The notes: a model not told the origin generated them from the letters alone. A stretch of DNA of 64,000 nt from an uncultured Deinococcaceae bacterium (GCA_964252075.1 CAXULY010000009.1:32001-96000); one strand, 5' to 3'. Counted from the first letter of the stretch, positions 20,734-33,636 are shown. Translations and numbers: made by a program.

Positions 20734-22119
20734 TCAGGTGCCCGGCACCACAATGGGCCTGGGACGCAGCACCGTCGTGCTGCTGTTCACCTGCGGGAGA
20801 GAGGCACTGCCGACCGGCAGCGTGAAGGCGTCCGCCGCCGCGTAATTCACGCTGTACCCCAGGTCCTCTAGGGTCCCCACCGTGATGACGCTGAGGGGCG
20901 TAGCGCCCTTCCCAGCGAAGCCCGTCATGAGCTCTGTCTTGAGGGCCGATTCACTCCAGTGCCCGCACTTCGTGCCCTCCCCGTATCCCGTCTCGACGGG
21001 CGCGCTGCCTGCGCCGCCCAACGCCTTGAACTGCGTGTTGGCGTGCGCGCCTTGGTACGTGATGCTGGTGGAGCCGACGCAGGTGCTGCCGTTGTAGGAG
21101 AGGAGGCTGTGGTCCTCCCAGAGCGTGCCGATGCCGAGCACGTGGCCCATCTCGTGCAGGATCACGCCTTTGAGCATCCCGCTCTGCTCCATGCTGGCCA
21201 TATCGGCGCTGTCGAACTGCATCTCCCCTGTGATGGGGAGAACGTCAGACTGCCGGACGCTGTACGGCCCCGCCGAACCCAGAATCTTCCCCACACCATC
21301 CATCGTGACCGAGCTGGCCTCGATCACGACCCCACTGGTGGTCACGTTGCCCCCGCTGGGCAGCGGTCCGGTCGCCACAGGCAGGGCCGCGGTGATCACC
21401 TGAGACCAGCGAGCGGCGGCGTCCTGAAAGACTTGCTTCTGGCTGGCTGTCAGGCTGTTGTCCGGGAAGCGCACGTCAAGGTGAAAGGTTGATGTTGGCG
21501 TCGGGGAAGGTGCTGGCGTTGGAGCGGGCGCAGGAGTTGGGTTGGGGGTGGGCGTCGGTGCGGGGGCCGGTGCTGGTGTCGGGACAGGTGTGGGGACTGG
21601 GGCTGGTGTGGGGGTCGGTGTGGGCTTGGGAGATGGCGCAGGCGTGGGCGCAGGAACGGGCACTGGCGTGGGCGTCGGGGTGGGCGCTGGTGTCGGAACG
21701 GGAGAAGGCATCGGAACGGGCGTTGGTGCGGGGTTTGATCTGGAGGCGCGGACGGTCACCGTCAGGTTCAGCGTGCTGGAGGCGACCGCCTGCTGCTGCA
21801 CGCGCGTCCCTAGGGCCGCATGCACGACCGTCTGGCCCACACCGACCGCCGTGATGTGCGCCACGCCATCCTTCGTGACCTGTACGGTGACGACTTTCGG
21901 GTTGTCGCTGCTCCAGGTGGCGCCCGACAGGCCGCTCACGCTGGCTTCTGAGTCAGCGTCCATTTCCAGCTTCAGGGTGGGCTTGTCAAAGGACCCGGCA
22001 CCCGTCACGGAGATGGCGGAGGTGGGGTCGAAGGCAGTGACACTGGGGGCGGGCGCACCGCAGCCCACCAGGGCCGCCGTGATCAGGAGCAGGAGGGGCA
22101 AGCTTTGTGGTCGCGTCAT
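20734..22119 (-). CDS. Lipoprotein: Ig-like domain, Pro/Thr linker, leishmanolysin-like zinc metallopeptidase
   Basis: Lipobox [16 protein letters not shown]ig_2-like motif; HEMGH, GHW, ELMT Met-turn. Confidence 0.8.
   Translation of the reverse strand: MTRPQSLPLLLLITAALVGCGAPAPSVTAFDPTSAISVTGAGSFDKPTLKLEMDADSEASVSGLSGATWSSDNPKVVTVQVTKDGVAHITAVGVGQTVVHAALGTRVQQQAVASSTLNLTVTVRASRSNPAPTPVPMPSPVPTPAPTPTPTPVPVPAPTPAPSPKPTPTPTPAPVPTPVPTPAPAPAPTPTPNPTPAPAPTPAPSPTPTSTFHLDVRFPDNSLTASQKQVFQDAAARWSQVITAALPVATGPLPSGGNVTTSGVVIEASSVTMDGVGKILGSAGPYSVRQSDVLPITGEMQFDSADMASMEQSGMLKGVILHEMGHVLGIGTLWEDHSLLSYNGSTCVGSTSITYQGAHANTQFKALGGAGSAPVETGYGEGTKCGHWSESALKTELMTGFAGKGATPLSVITVGTLEDLGYSVNYAAADAFTLPVGSASLPQVNSSTTVLRPRPIVVPGT
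21495..21735 (-). repeat. Pro-Thr/Pro-Ala low-complexity linker (about 75 aa)
   Basis: [23 protein letters not shown]... with varied wobble bases. Confidence 0.9.
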
Positions 22120-22234
22120 GGGTTGGCCTCGGGCGTGCGTGAAGTTCAACCCGGCGGATAAAGCAGAGAGCGCACAACAGCCGGATGAGTGCATTAAGTC
22201 TAAGTAAAGCCCTACGCCCAAGGCGCCACATTTC

Positions 22235-22954
22235 TTACATCGCGGGCGACCGCCACGCGTCCAGCAGCGGGACATCTCGCTGGCCGCCCGCCCGTTCAGC
22301 AAGGTGTCCAGCCTCGCGAGCGGCGCGGTCGGGACCCATCCAGGGCGTCCAGTACGCGCGCATGGTGGCGACCACCAACGCCACGGGCACCGTCTGAGTC
22401 GGCTGCGACGGGCAGAACAGCAGGTCCATGTTCGTGACGGGGCCGCCGTTCTCGCCGCCGACCGGCTGTTCGTAGCGCAGGTCCACCGTGCGGAATCCCA
22501 GGGCCTGGAAGGTGCGGCGCCGCGCGAGCGGGTCGGAGCCCACGGCGGCTTCCGCCTCGCGCTCGTGCGCACTGAGGCGTTCGGGGCTCACCACATCAAT
22601 GAAGACGCCTGCAGCCTGCCCACCCGCCGCTTCGTTCAGCGCGGCCCAGCGCGCCTCGTGCAAGGCGCGCGCCACGCCGCGCCCACGTGCCGCGCGCGCG
22701 ACGCCCATGAAGCTGGAGAAGCCGCTCCCGGCGGCAGGCAGGTAGTGGAAGACCGTGCCGCCCAGCAGGTCGCCGCCCTCCTCGGCGACCAGCAGGAAGT
22801 TCACGCGGTCGCCCGGGTCGGCCAGCATCAGGGCGATGTACCGCGCGGGGATCAGCATGTCCGGCTCGAAGTACACCTGGGATTGCAACTGCCCGAACTG
22901 GGGAATCACGGGGTCCTTCGGGTCCGTGACGCGGCGGATGGTGGGGGTATTCAT
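22235..22954 (-). CDS. GNAT family N-acetyltransferase
   Basis: [23 protein letters not shown]; leaderless-type TAGGCT-N7-ATG. Confidence 0.8.
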   Translation of the reverse strand: MNTPTIRRVTDPKDPVIPQFGQLQSQVYFEPDMLIPARYIALMLADPGDRVNFLLVAEEGGDLLGGTVFHYLPAAGSGFSSFMGVARAARGRGVARALHEARWAALNEAAGGQAAGVFIDVVSPERLSAHEREAEAAVGSDPLARRRTFQALGFRTVDLRYEQPVGGENGGPVTNMDLLFCPSQPTQTVPVALVVATMRAYWTPWMGPDRAAREAGHLAERAGGQRDVPLLDAWRSPAM

Positions 22955-23016
22955 GCCCGCCAGCCTACCCGCGCGGGGCAGACCCGCACCGTGAGCAGGC
23001 GCTATTCTGGACGGCA

Positions 23017-25362
<2,346 letters not shown>

Positions 25363-25373
25363 GAAGCACACGG

Positions 25374-25403
25374 AGGGCCGCCCCCGATAACGGGGGCGGC
25401 CCT
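25374..25403 (+). terminator. Stem-loop after glnS
   Basis: AGGGCCGCCCCCG-ATAA-CGGGGGCGGCCCT. Confidence 0.6.
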
Positions 25404-25638
25404 GTTCCATCGCTGCGCTGAAGGGCCAGGTCACCCACTGCACCCGCGCGGCTGGCGGCGCCCCGCCGCACCAGGCCGGTTGGTGCGCCAAGTGGCGCAC
25501 CCGCGCTGCGCTGCACGGCGCATGCGGCGCCCCGCAGCGGCCCCTAAACTGAAGGTCAGAGAGGAGGTGCGTCCGTGCGAAACGCCCCGCGAAGTCCGTC
25601 CCCGACCCCCCGTGACCCTTCAAGGAGTGATCTTCTGT

Positions 25639-26457
25639 ATGGAGCACCTGCTGACCGACCGCGCGCGGCTTGAGCGGCCCTTCGCTCGCCTGGGGCTGCG
25701 CGTGAAGTTCGACGCCCCCACCCCCCATCCCTTCCGCGCCCCGCCTGACTTCAGCGTGGATGTGGGCCGCGACCGGCGCGGCGAGCACTTCCTGCTTCGC
25801 GTCAATCCCCGTGCGGATCTGGAGGTGCAGGCGCTGGACGTGCGCCCGGACCTCGACCAGCTGCTGCTGCTGGTGCGTCAGGAGGGCCGCAAGGACAAGT
25901 TCCTGTGCGGGTTGGATGAACGCCACCTGTTCACCGCCGCCGTGCCGGGTGCGGGCGTGCGGGACGTGCGCAGCGCGATGGACGCCCTGAAGCCCGCCCA
26001 CGTGCGGCACCTAGAGGCGCGCGCGGGTCTGCGCACGCGGGACCGTTTGCGGCGGCGCAACCTCACCTCCGTGCGGCAGGGCGAGTGGTTCTTCGTGCCC
26101 GTCTCGGCGCTGGTGGTGCCGCCCGAGCGCGTGCGCCGGAGCGAGCCGCTCACGCGCGGGCCGGGCAGCAAACCGCACGTGTGTGAGCAGGCCGCGCGGC
26201 TGGGCGGCGAGGTGGTGTGGCTGTGCCGCCGCCACCCCCGCCCGCTGCTGGCCCGTCAGCTGGAGGTCTTCCTGCGCGGGCGCCCCGAGGCGCGCAGCTG
26301 GGCGTGGGAGCAGCGCGTGCGCAACCCGGAGCTGTTCGTGCGGGGCGCGGTACGGCACCCGGACCACGCGACCCTTCACCTGCCCGTGTGGCACCGCGTC
26401 CTGATGAACACCGAGGGTGAGGCCTCCGGCGCCCACCACGTCACCTTCCTGGACTGA
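25639..26457 (+). CDS. Hypothetical protein (Arg-rich, RQGEWFFVP and HPDH motifs)
   Basis: AAGGAG SD, ATG 25639, GC3-rich codon usage, ends HVTFLD before a palindrome. Confidence 0.75.
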   Translation: MEHLLTDRARLERPFARLGLRVKFDAPTPHPFRAPPDFSVDVGRDRRGEHFLLRVNPRADLEVQALDVRPDLDQLLLLVRQEGRKDKFLCGLDERHLFTAAVPGAGVRDVRSAMDALKPAHVRHLEARAGLRTRDRLRRRNLTSVRQGEWFFVPVSALVVPPERVRRSEPLTRGPGSKPHVCEQAARLGGEVVWLCRRHPRPLLARQLEVFLRGRPEARSWAWEQRVRNPELFVRGAVRHPDHATLHLPVWHRVLMNTEGEASGAHHVTFLD

Positions 26458-26467
26458 AGGTGGGATG

Positions 26468-26497
26468 ACCAGCCCCCGGCGCGCGCCGGGGGCTGGT
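26468..26497. terminator. 30-bp perfect palindrome between convergent genes
   Basis: ACCAGCCCCCGGCGC|GCGCCGGGGGCTGGT. Confidence 0.6.
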
Positions 26498-26498
26498 G

Positions 26499-28511
26499 TT
26501 ACGCCCGCAGCTGTCCGGCGCGCCGCACGAAGCCGCGCACCTCGGCGCGCTCCGGGCTGGGGCCGTAACGCAGGCGCTGGTACTCGTCCGTGAGCGCGCT
26601 CAGCTGCGCGGCGAGCGCGGGGTGCGCCTGCGCCGCGCGTTCGACCCAGGCGCTCGCGGACTCGCTCTCGCCGCGCGGGAGGTGCAGGCGCCGCGCGAGG
26701 CGCGCGAACGCCACGTGCACGGGGTCCGGTGGGGTCTGCCGGGCGCGGCGCAGGGCCAGCGTGAGCGGCAGGGCCGCCACCAGCAGCACCGCGATGAGGG
26801 CCAGCACGTACTTCAGGCCGCCCACCGCGCCCAGCCCGAGGCTGGTCAGGAGGGCGCGTTGCCGCGCGCCGTCGTACCCGATCACCCACTGGTTCCAGAG
26901 GTTCTGGAAGCGGTCAAGGCGCAGCGCGAGGCCGCCCAGCCAGTTGCCGCCCCGCAGCACGGCAGGCAGGCTGTCCGCCGGGAGGGCCGCGGCGAGGCCC
27001 TCCTGCACGCGGGCGGGCGACACGACGGCGGTGGGGTCCACGCGCACCCAGCCCTGATTGGCCAGCCACACTTCCGTCCAGGCGTGCGCGTCCGCCTCGC
27101 GCACGATCAGGTAACCGCCGTTCGGCTGCCCGCCCAGGTACCCCGTCACGAGGCGCGCGGGGACGCCCGCCGCGCGCATCAGGAAGGCAAAGGCGCCCGC
27201 GTAATGTTCGCAGAAGCCCGCGCGGGTGGAGAACAGCAGGTCATCCACGGCGTTCGGGCCGGGCAGCAGGGGCGGGTTCAGGGTGTAGCGGTAACTGCCG
27301 TTCCCGAGGAGGCGCAGTGCGGCCTGCACGCGCCCCATGGGCGGGAGCTTCGCCCAGCCCTGCGCGAGGGCGCGCGCCTGGGGGTTTACGCCGGGCGGCA
27401 GTTGAGTGTCGTACGCCAGCTGCCCGTCCAGCGGCGCGAGGCCGTAGCGCGCGTCCGGCGCGGAGCGCAGCGCGTAGCGGCTGCGGTTGGCGCCCACCGC
27501 CTCGGCGGTCAGCACGAGGTTCCCGTCGATGCGCGTCCCGCCCGGCTGGTTCGCGGGCAGGTCGAGCGGCGTCACCCAGCGCCCGCTGTCCGGTTCCAGC
27601 GTGAGGGTGTAATCGAACGCGCGGCCCTGCACGCGCACGTCACTGGGCGGCTCGGGGTTGCGGGGGCCGCGCGTCCAGCTGCGCCCGTCGAAGGCCTCCA
27701 GCACCGGGCCGCGCCAGTACAGCTGGTCCCGGCGTGGCGTGGCGCCCTGGAATTCAGCGCGCATGGCGACCGCGTCGCTCTGCGCGAGGTTCGAGACGCT
27801 GCCGGGCGTCACCTCGTCCGTGAGGCCCGTGGTGGTGGTGCCAGGACCCGTCGAGACGGGCATCTGCCACAGGGGACCGTCGGGCCTGGGGAACAGCACG
27901 AACAGCGCGGCGGTAAGGGGCAGCGCCTGCAGCAGCAGCACCCCCGCGCGCCGCAGGGTCGGCTGGCGCAGCAACGCCTCAAGGGGCGCGACCTGCTGGC
28001 GCCTGGGTTGCGCCCAGGCGACGAGCGCGCCCATCAGCAGGGCGGCGCTCAGGGCGGCGTGCAGGAAGGTCGCGGTGTCCTGCGTGAAGAAGAAGTTCGC
28101 GCTGAGCGTGAAGAGGCCCAGCAGCACCAGCAGCCGCCCATCGCGGCGCGCGTGCGTCTCCAGCGACTTCAGCGCGGTGAGGAGCAGCAGCAGCGGCGTG
28201 CCGCCGTCGCGGCCCAGCAGCGTGCCCGTCGCGACGCTGAGGCCCCAGCCGAACAGCGCCGCGAGCGTGAACAGCAGCAGCAGCGGCGGCTGCCGCCACC
28301 CGCGCAGCGCGATGAGGGCCCGCCAGCCCAGCAGAATCAGCACCGACACGCTGAACCACGCAGGTCCGCGCGCGAGGTACGGCACGGCGGTGACGGCGAG
28401 GGCCAGCAGCGTGAGCAGCAGCGGCGCGGCGGACGGCGAAGGCCGCTCGCGGCGCCGCCCACCCGAGGTCAGGGCGCCCAGCCGACCAGGCGTTCCGGCG
28501 GTGCGGGTCAC
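26499..28511 (-). CDS. TgpA-like transglutaminase family membrane protein (DUF3488 plus transglutaminase core)
   Basis: N-terminal TM bundle, LYWRG, GFCEHYA catalytic Cys, AHAWTEV, WVRVDPT; GTG overlapping upstream stop. Confidence 0.88.
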   Translation of the reverse strand: MTRTAGTPGRLGALTSGGRRRERPSPSAAPLLLTLLALAVTAVPYLARGPAWFSVSVLILLGWRALIALRGWRQPPLLLLFTLAALFGWGLSVATGTLLGRDGGTPLLLLLTALKSLETHARRDGRLLVLLGLFTLSANFFFTQDTATFLHAALSAALLMGALVAWAQPRRQQVAPLEALLRQPTLRRAGVLLLQALPLTAALFVLFPRPDGPLWQMPVSTGPGTTTTGLTDEVTPGSVSNLAQSDAVAMRAEFQGATPRRDQLYWRGPVLEAFDGRSWTRGPRNPEPPSDVRVQGRAFDYTLTLEPDSGRWVTPLDLPANQPGGTRIDGNLVLTAEAVGANRSRYALRSAPDARYGLAPLDGQLAYDTQLPPGVNPQARALAQGWAKLPPMGRVQAALRLLGNGSYRYTLNPPLLPGPNAVDDLLFSTRAGFCEHYAGAFAFLMRAAGVPARLVTGYLGGQPNGGYLIVREADAHAWTEVWLANQGWVRVDPTAVVSPARVQEGLAAALPADSLPAVLRGGNWLGGLALRLDRFQNLWNQWVIGYDGARQRALLTSLGLGAVGGLKYVLALIAVLLVAALPLTLALRRARQTPPDPVHVAFARLARRLHLPRGESESASAWVERAAQAHPALAAQLSALTDEYQRLRYGPSPERAEVRGFVRRAGQLRA

Positions 28512-29455
28512 GCGCGCTCCTGCGGCGCCCACTCGTATAGCGCGAGCGCGGTGAGCGCCCGGCGGGCCTGCGCGTCCCCGCTGCCGGGCGGCACCTGCAG
28601 GCCCGGCAGGTGCAGGCTGTACCGCCCGCCCGCGCGCGCGGCGGTCAGCACCCAGGCGGTGAGGCGCGAGAGGCGCGCTTCCGGGTCGTGCAGGGCGCGC
28701 GTCGCGCTCCAGTCCAGCTGCAGGGTGTGGGCGGCGGGTGCGTCCAGCAGGCGCGTGAACAGCTCGCCCGTGCGCGCCGCCTGCCGCCACGCCACGCGCC
28801 GCATGGAGTCCCCGGGGCGGTACTCGCGCAACCCCTGGAAGTCCTCGTCGCCGGACGCGCGCGCCGCGCCGTGCCCCTCGGCGGCCAGTCCGGCGGTGGG
28901 GAGGGCGGGCGCGCCCGCCTCCGGCTCGGGGTACACGAGCGTCTGCAGGTCCAGGCGCGCCTCGCGCGAGGCGCGCCACAACCCCAGCGGGTCGTTCGCC
29001 TCCAGCAGCAGCAGCGGGAGGCGCAGGTGCCCGCGCCGCGCGGCGGGCAGCGCGAGCGGGCCGCTCGCCTGCCCGCGCGCGGGCACGTCGAGGGTCACGC
29101 GCGCCTGCGCGCCGCGCCGCTCGGGCCGCACGCTCACCGCCGCGCGCGGCAGGCCGCTGGGGTTCATGAGGGTGACCGTGAAGGTCGCCTGCCCGCCCGC
29201 GAAGGCGCTCTCGGGCGCGCGCGCGCTGAGCGCCACGCCGTTCAGCGCGCGGCTGGCGTGCACGGCGCTCACCACCCACACGCTGAACATCAGGAAGGTG
29301 ATGGCGTACCCGAGGCTCAGCTGGTAATTGATGCACCCGATCAGGGTGAGCAGCGCGAAGCCCGCGAACGCCCCACCGAAGCGCGTGGGCAGCACGATGG
29401 GGCCGCGCCGCGGGCTGAGTGCGGCGGTCTGCGGGGCGGGCGCGGTCACGGTCAT
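28508..29455 (-). CDS. DUF58 domain protein
   Basis: PTRFG, INYQL, DPLGL, LREYRPGDSMRRVAW. Confidence 0.85.
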   Translation of the reverse strand: MTVTAPAPQTAALSPRRGPIVLPTRFGGAFAGFALLTLIGCINYQLSLGYAITFLMFSVWVVSAVHASRALNGVALSARAPESAFAGGQATFTVTLMNPSGLPRAAVSVRPERRGAQARVTLDVPARGQASGPLALPAARRGHLRLPLLLLEANDPLGLWRASREARLDLQTLVYPEPEAGAPALPTAGLAAEGHGAARASGDEDFQGLREYRPGDSMRRVAWRQAARTGELFTRLLDAPAAHTLQLDWSATRALHDPEARLSRLTAWVLTAARAGGRYSLHLPGLQVPPGSGDAQARRALTALALYEWAPQERA

Positions 29456-29460
29456 GCGCG

Positions 29461-30387
29461 TTAAGGGATGGGCGTGGCGCGCAGCAGGGCCGCCACCGCT
29501 TCCGGGTCGGGCTCGCCACTCGCGCGGCTGACAAGGCGGTGCGCCGCGAGGGGCGGGAACACCGCCTGCACGTCCTCCGGCAGCACGCTGGCGCGGCCCG
29601 CGAGCCACGCCCAGGCGCGCGCGGCGTTCATGAGGCCCAGCGCGGCGCGCGGACTGAGGCCCGCCTGGAAGCCGCGGTGCTCGCGGCTGGAGCGCAAGAT
29701 GGCCTGCAGGTAATCCACCAGGGCGGGCGACGCGTGAATGGCGGCCACCTCGCGCTGCGCGGCGAGCAGCGTGGCGGGCGTCAGCGCGGCGGGCAGATCG
29801 CGGGCGCGCTCGCGGCGGTCCCCGCCAAGCAGCAGTTCCCGCTCCGCGGCGGGGTCCGGGTAGCCGAGCGTGACGGTCAGCAGGAAGCGGTCCAGCTGCG
29901 ACTCCGGCAGGGGGAAGGTTCCCACCTGATCCGAGGGGTTCTGCGTGCCGATCACGAAGAACGGCTCGGGCAGCGGGCGCGTCTGCCCGTCGGCGCTCAC
30001 CTGGCGCTCCTCCATCGCTTCCAGCAGGGCGCTCTGCGTCTTGGGCGTCGCGCGGTTGATTTCGTCCGCGAGGAGCAGCTGCGCGAACACCGGGCCGGGG
30101 TGGAAGCGGAACTCGCCCGTCTCGCGCTCGAAGATGCTCACGCCCGTGAGGTCGGCGGGCAGCAGGTCGCTCGTGAACTGCACGCGCCCGAACTCCAGCC
30201 CCAGCACGCGCGCCAGGGAGAGCGCCAGCGTGGTCTTACCGACGCCCGGCAGGTCCTCGATCAGCAGGTGGCCGCGCGCCAGCAGGCACGTGAGGGCAAG
30301 GCGCACCTGGTGCGCCTTGCCGAGGATCACGCCGTCCAGGGCGGTCAGCGCCGCGCGTGCGAGGGGATGGGCGGAAGCGGTCGTCAC
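29461..30387 (-). CDS. MoxR family AAA+ ATPase
   Basis: HLLIEDLPGVGKT, QFTSDLLP, LADEINRA, TQNP, LPESQLDRF. Confidence 0.92.
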   Translation of the reverse strand: MTTASAHPLARAALTALDGVILGKAHQVRLALTCLLARGHLLIEDLPGVGKTTLALSLARVLGLEFGRVQFTSDLLPADLTGVSIFERETGEFRFHPGPVFAQLLLADEINRATPKTQSALLEAMEERQVSADGQTRPLPEPFFVIGTQNPSDQVGTFPLPESQLDRFLLTVTLGYPDPAAERELLLGGDRRERARDLPAALTPATLLAAQREVAAIHASPALVDYLQAILRSSREHRGFQAGLSPRAALGLMNAARAWAWLAGRASVLPEDVQAVFPPLAAHRLVSRASGEPDPEAVAALLRATPIP

Positions 30388-30583
30388 GCCCCACAGCCTA
30401 AAGCCCAGGGACCGCCCCCTCTGCCGCGTTTGTTGCAGAGCGGCGGGGTCAAGGCAAGGTGCTGTGCAACAAACGCGTGGGGACCAGCGGATGCGGAGCC
30501 GTGCGGCTTTCCAAAGCCTTCATAGGTTGGGACCGGGCGCGGCTCCACTGCATGCTCGGTCCCGTGTGTCCGGCGCCCCGACG

Positions 30584-31210
<627 letters not shown>

Positions 31211-31401
31211 GTGGGCCTCCTGTGGGGGTGGGATCGGCCCGCATGCCGCCCCGCTCAGGTGGGCGGGGGCGTGCGGGTCGGTTGGGAGCAGCATACGGCC
31301 TTCATGTGGGGCGCGCACGGGTGTGGCGCGTCGGGGAGCTGACGGAGGCGGTCAGGCCCACTTCATGAAGCTCAAGCGGTCGCGTGTTAGCTTGCATGGC
31401 G

Positions 31402-31890
31402 ATGAAGATTCAGTCCATCCTGCCTCTCGCGGCCGTGGGCGCGCTCGCGCTCGTGGCCGTTGCTCCCCACGCCCAGACCGGTGCTCAGAAGGTCGGGTTC
31501 GTGGACGTGAACAAAGTCGTTCAGTCTGACCCCAGCTACCCGGCCATCGCGGACCTGCAGAAGAAGGGTCAGGCGGACCTGAAGACCATCACGGATCAGA
31601 TCACGGCGATTCAGCAGAAGGGCGCGAACGCGACCGCCGCGGACCGCCAGAACTACGACACCCTCACCAAGACCTACGATCAGAAGGCGAAGAGCTGGAA
31701 CGATCAGGTGCAGGCCAAGACGAAGCCCATCCTGGACAAGGTGGACAAGTCCGTCGGCGCGGTGGCGAAGGCGCAGGGCTTCTCCATCCTGATGGACAAG
31801 GCCGTCGCCGCGCAGAGCAACCTCGTGATCTACGCCGACACCGGGTCCACGGAATTGACGGATCAGGTCATTGCCCAGATGAAGAAGTAA
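31402..31890 (+). CDS. OmpH/Skp family periplasmic chaperone, copy 1
   Basis: Signal peptide, KVGFVD, coiled-coil body, VAKAQGFSILMD...IYAD...LTDQVI. Confidence 0.85.
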   Translation: MKIQSILPLAAVGALALVAVAPHAQTGAQKVGFVDVNKVVQSDPSYPAIADLQKKGQADLKTITDQITAIQQKGANATAADRQNYDTLTKTYDQKAKSWNDQVQAKTKPILDKVDKSVGAVAKAQGFSILMDKAVAAQSNLVIYADTGSTELTDQVIAQMKK

Positions 31891-31977
31891 GGCGCGGCCC
31901 GACACGGGGCTGTGCACCCATGGCCCCCGCGCCTCGCGGGGGTCGTGCCATTCAGGAAGGCGCTTCCGGAGGACACC

Positions 31978-32475
31978 ATGAAGATCACCATTGACCTGGG
32001 CAAGTTGAAGCCCATGCTGCTCGTGGCGCCGCTGGCGCTGCTCGTGACCGTGCCGCACGCCCAGAAGGGCGCGACGAAGATCGGGATTGTGGATTCGGCG
32101 GCGGTGACGAACGCCGTGCCGGGCGGGCAGGGCATCACGGACCTGCGCAAGCGCGCCGACGCGGACATTGCGGCGCAGACGAAGAAGATTCAGGCGCTGC
32201 AGCAGAAGGCCAACCCGACTGCCGCGGACCGCCAGGCGCTCGACACGGCCATCAAGACCCTGCAGGCGGCGCAGCAGAATTACACCAAGCAGCTGAGCAC
32301 GCAGTTCAAGCCGGTGGCGGACAAGGTGAACGCGGCCGTGGCCGCAGCCGCGAAGTCCGGCGGGTTCTCCATCGTGTTCGACGCGGGCGTCGCGCAGCGC
32401 AGCGGCCTCATCATCTACGCGGACGCGAACGCGACGAACATCACGCAGTCCGTGCTGAAGCAGGTCAAGAAGTAA
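31978..32475 (+). CDS. OmpH/Skp family periplasmic chaperone, copy 2
   Basis: GGAGG SD; KIGIVD, AKSGGFSIVFD...IYAD...ITQSVL; paralogous to copy 1. Confidence 0.85.
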   Translation: MKITIDLGKLKPMLLVAPLALLVTVPHAQKGATKIGIVDSAAVTNAVPGGQGITDLRKRADADIAAQTKKIQALQQKANPTAADRQALDTAIKTLQAAQQNYTKQLSTQFKPVADKVNAAVAAAAKSGGFSIVFDAGVAQRSGLIIYADANATNITQSVLKQVKK

Positions 32476-32488
32476 GGCACCTGCCCAG

Positions 32489-32524
32489 GAGCGCCGCCCC
32501 AGGTGGGGCGGCGCTCGTTTCGTT
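32489..32524 (+). terminator. Intrinsic terminator after ompH pair
   Basis: GAGCGCCGCCCC-AGGT-GGGGCGGCGCTC then GTTTCGTT. Confidence 0.7.
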
Positions 32525-32601
32525 ACCTCCTGAGTGACGTGACCCGGCCGCCCACCGCGTTAGGATGGGTGCGGTTTTGATGTACTTCAAGGAGGCCCAC
32601 C

Positions 32602-33588
32602 ATGAATGAACCCGTGCGCGTGGCGGTCACTGGCGCCGCCGGACAGATCGGTTACAGCCTACTCTTTCGCATCGCCGCTGGCGACATGCTCGGCCCGGAC
32701 CAGCCGGTCATCCTGCAGCTGCTGGAGGTGACGCCCGCCCTGAAGGCCCTCGCGGGCGTCGTGATGGAACTCCAGGACGGCGCCTTCCCGCTGCTCTCTG
32801 GCGTCGTGACGAGCGACGACCCCATGGTGGCCTTCAAGGACGCCGATTACGCGCTGCTGGTGGGCGCCATGCCGCGCAAGGCGGGCATGGAGCGCGGCGA
32901 CCTGCTCTCCGCGAACGGCGGGATCTTCAAGCCGCAGGGCGAGGCCCTGAGCGAGGTGGCGAGCCGCAGCGTGAAGGTGCTGGTGGTCGGCAACCCCGCG
33001 AACACCAACGCGCTCATCGCGCAGCAGAACGCCCCGAAGCTCGACCCGAAACAGTTCACGGCGATGGTGCGCCTGGACCACAACCGCGCGCTGTCGCAGC
33101 TCGCGGAGAAGACCGGCAAGCCGGTGGGCAGCATCCGGAAGATGACCATCTGGGGCAACCACTCCTCCACGCAGTACCCGGACCTCTCGCAAACGACGGT
33201 GGACGGCACGCCCGCCCTGGAGCTCGTGGATCAGGCGTGGTACGAGGGCACCTTCATCCCGACCGTCGCGAAGCGCGGCGCGGCCATCATTGAGGCGCGC
33301 GGGGCGAGCAGCGCCGCGAGCGCGGCAAGCGCCGCGATTGACCACATGCGCAACTGGGCGCTCGGCACGCCCGAGGGCGACTGGGTGAGCATGGCCATCC
33401 CGAGCGACGGCAGTTACGGCGTGCCGGAGGGCCTCATCTACGGCTTCCCCGTGACGGTCAAGGACGGCGTGTACAGCATCGTGCAGGGCCTGAGCGTGAG
33501 CGAATTCAGCCAGGGCCGCATGGACGCCACCACGAAGGAACTCGAGGAAGAGCGCGCCGCCGTGCGCGACCTCGGCCTCGTGAAGTAA
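32602..33588 (+). CDS. mdh: Malate dehydrogenase
   Basis: [38 protein letters not shown]. Confidence 0.96.
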   Translation: MNEPVRVAVTGAAGQIGYSLLFRIAAGDMLGPDQPVILQLLEVTPALKALAGVVMELQDGAFPLLSGVVTSDDPMVAFKDADYALLVGAMPRKAGMERGDLLSANGGIFKPQGEALSEVASRSVKVLVVGNPANTNALIAQQNAPKLDPKQFTAMVRLDHNRALSQLAEKTGKPVGSIRKMTIWGNHSSTQYPDLSQTTVDGTPALELVDQAWYEGTFIPTVAKRGAAIIEARGASSAASAASAAIDHMRNWALGTPEGDWVSMAIPSDGSYGVPEGLIYGFPVTVKDGVYSIVQGLSVSEFSQGRMDATTKELEEERAAVRDLGLVK

Positions 33589-33596
33589 GGCGGACC

Positions 33597-33630
33597 AAGG
33601 GGCGGCCAGGATGTGTCCTGGCCGCCCCTT
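33597..33630. terminator. Bidirectional terminator between mdh and NUDIX gene
   Basis: AAGGGGCGGCCAGGA-TGTG-TCCTGGCCGCCCCTT. Confidence 0.7.
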
Positions 33631-33636
33631 CTCACC

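Noticed and set aside
21495..21735. GT-rich repetitive tract
   Set aside because: Explained as the Pro/Thr linker of the minus-strand peptidase
25530..25620. Possible riboswitch or hammerhead (CTGAAG...CGAAAC) upstream of the unknown gene
   Set aside because: Conserved cores and required stems of hammerhead or c-di-GMP-I RNAs could not be built; TAAACT and GAGGAGG explain the segment as promoter and SD
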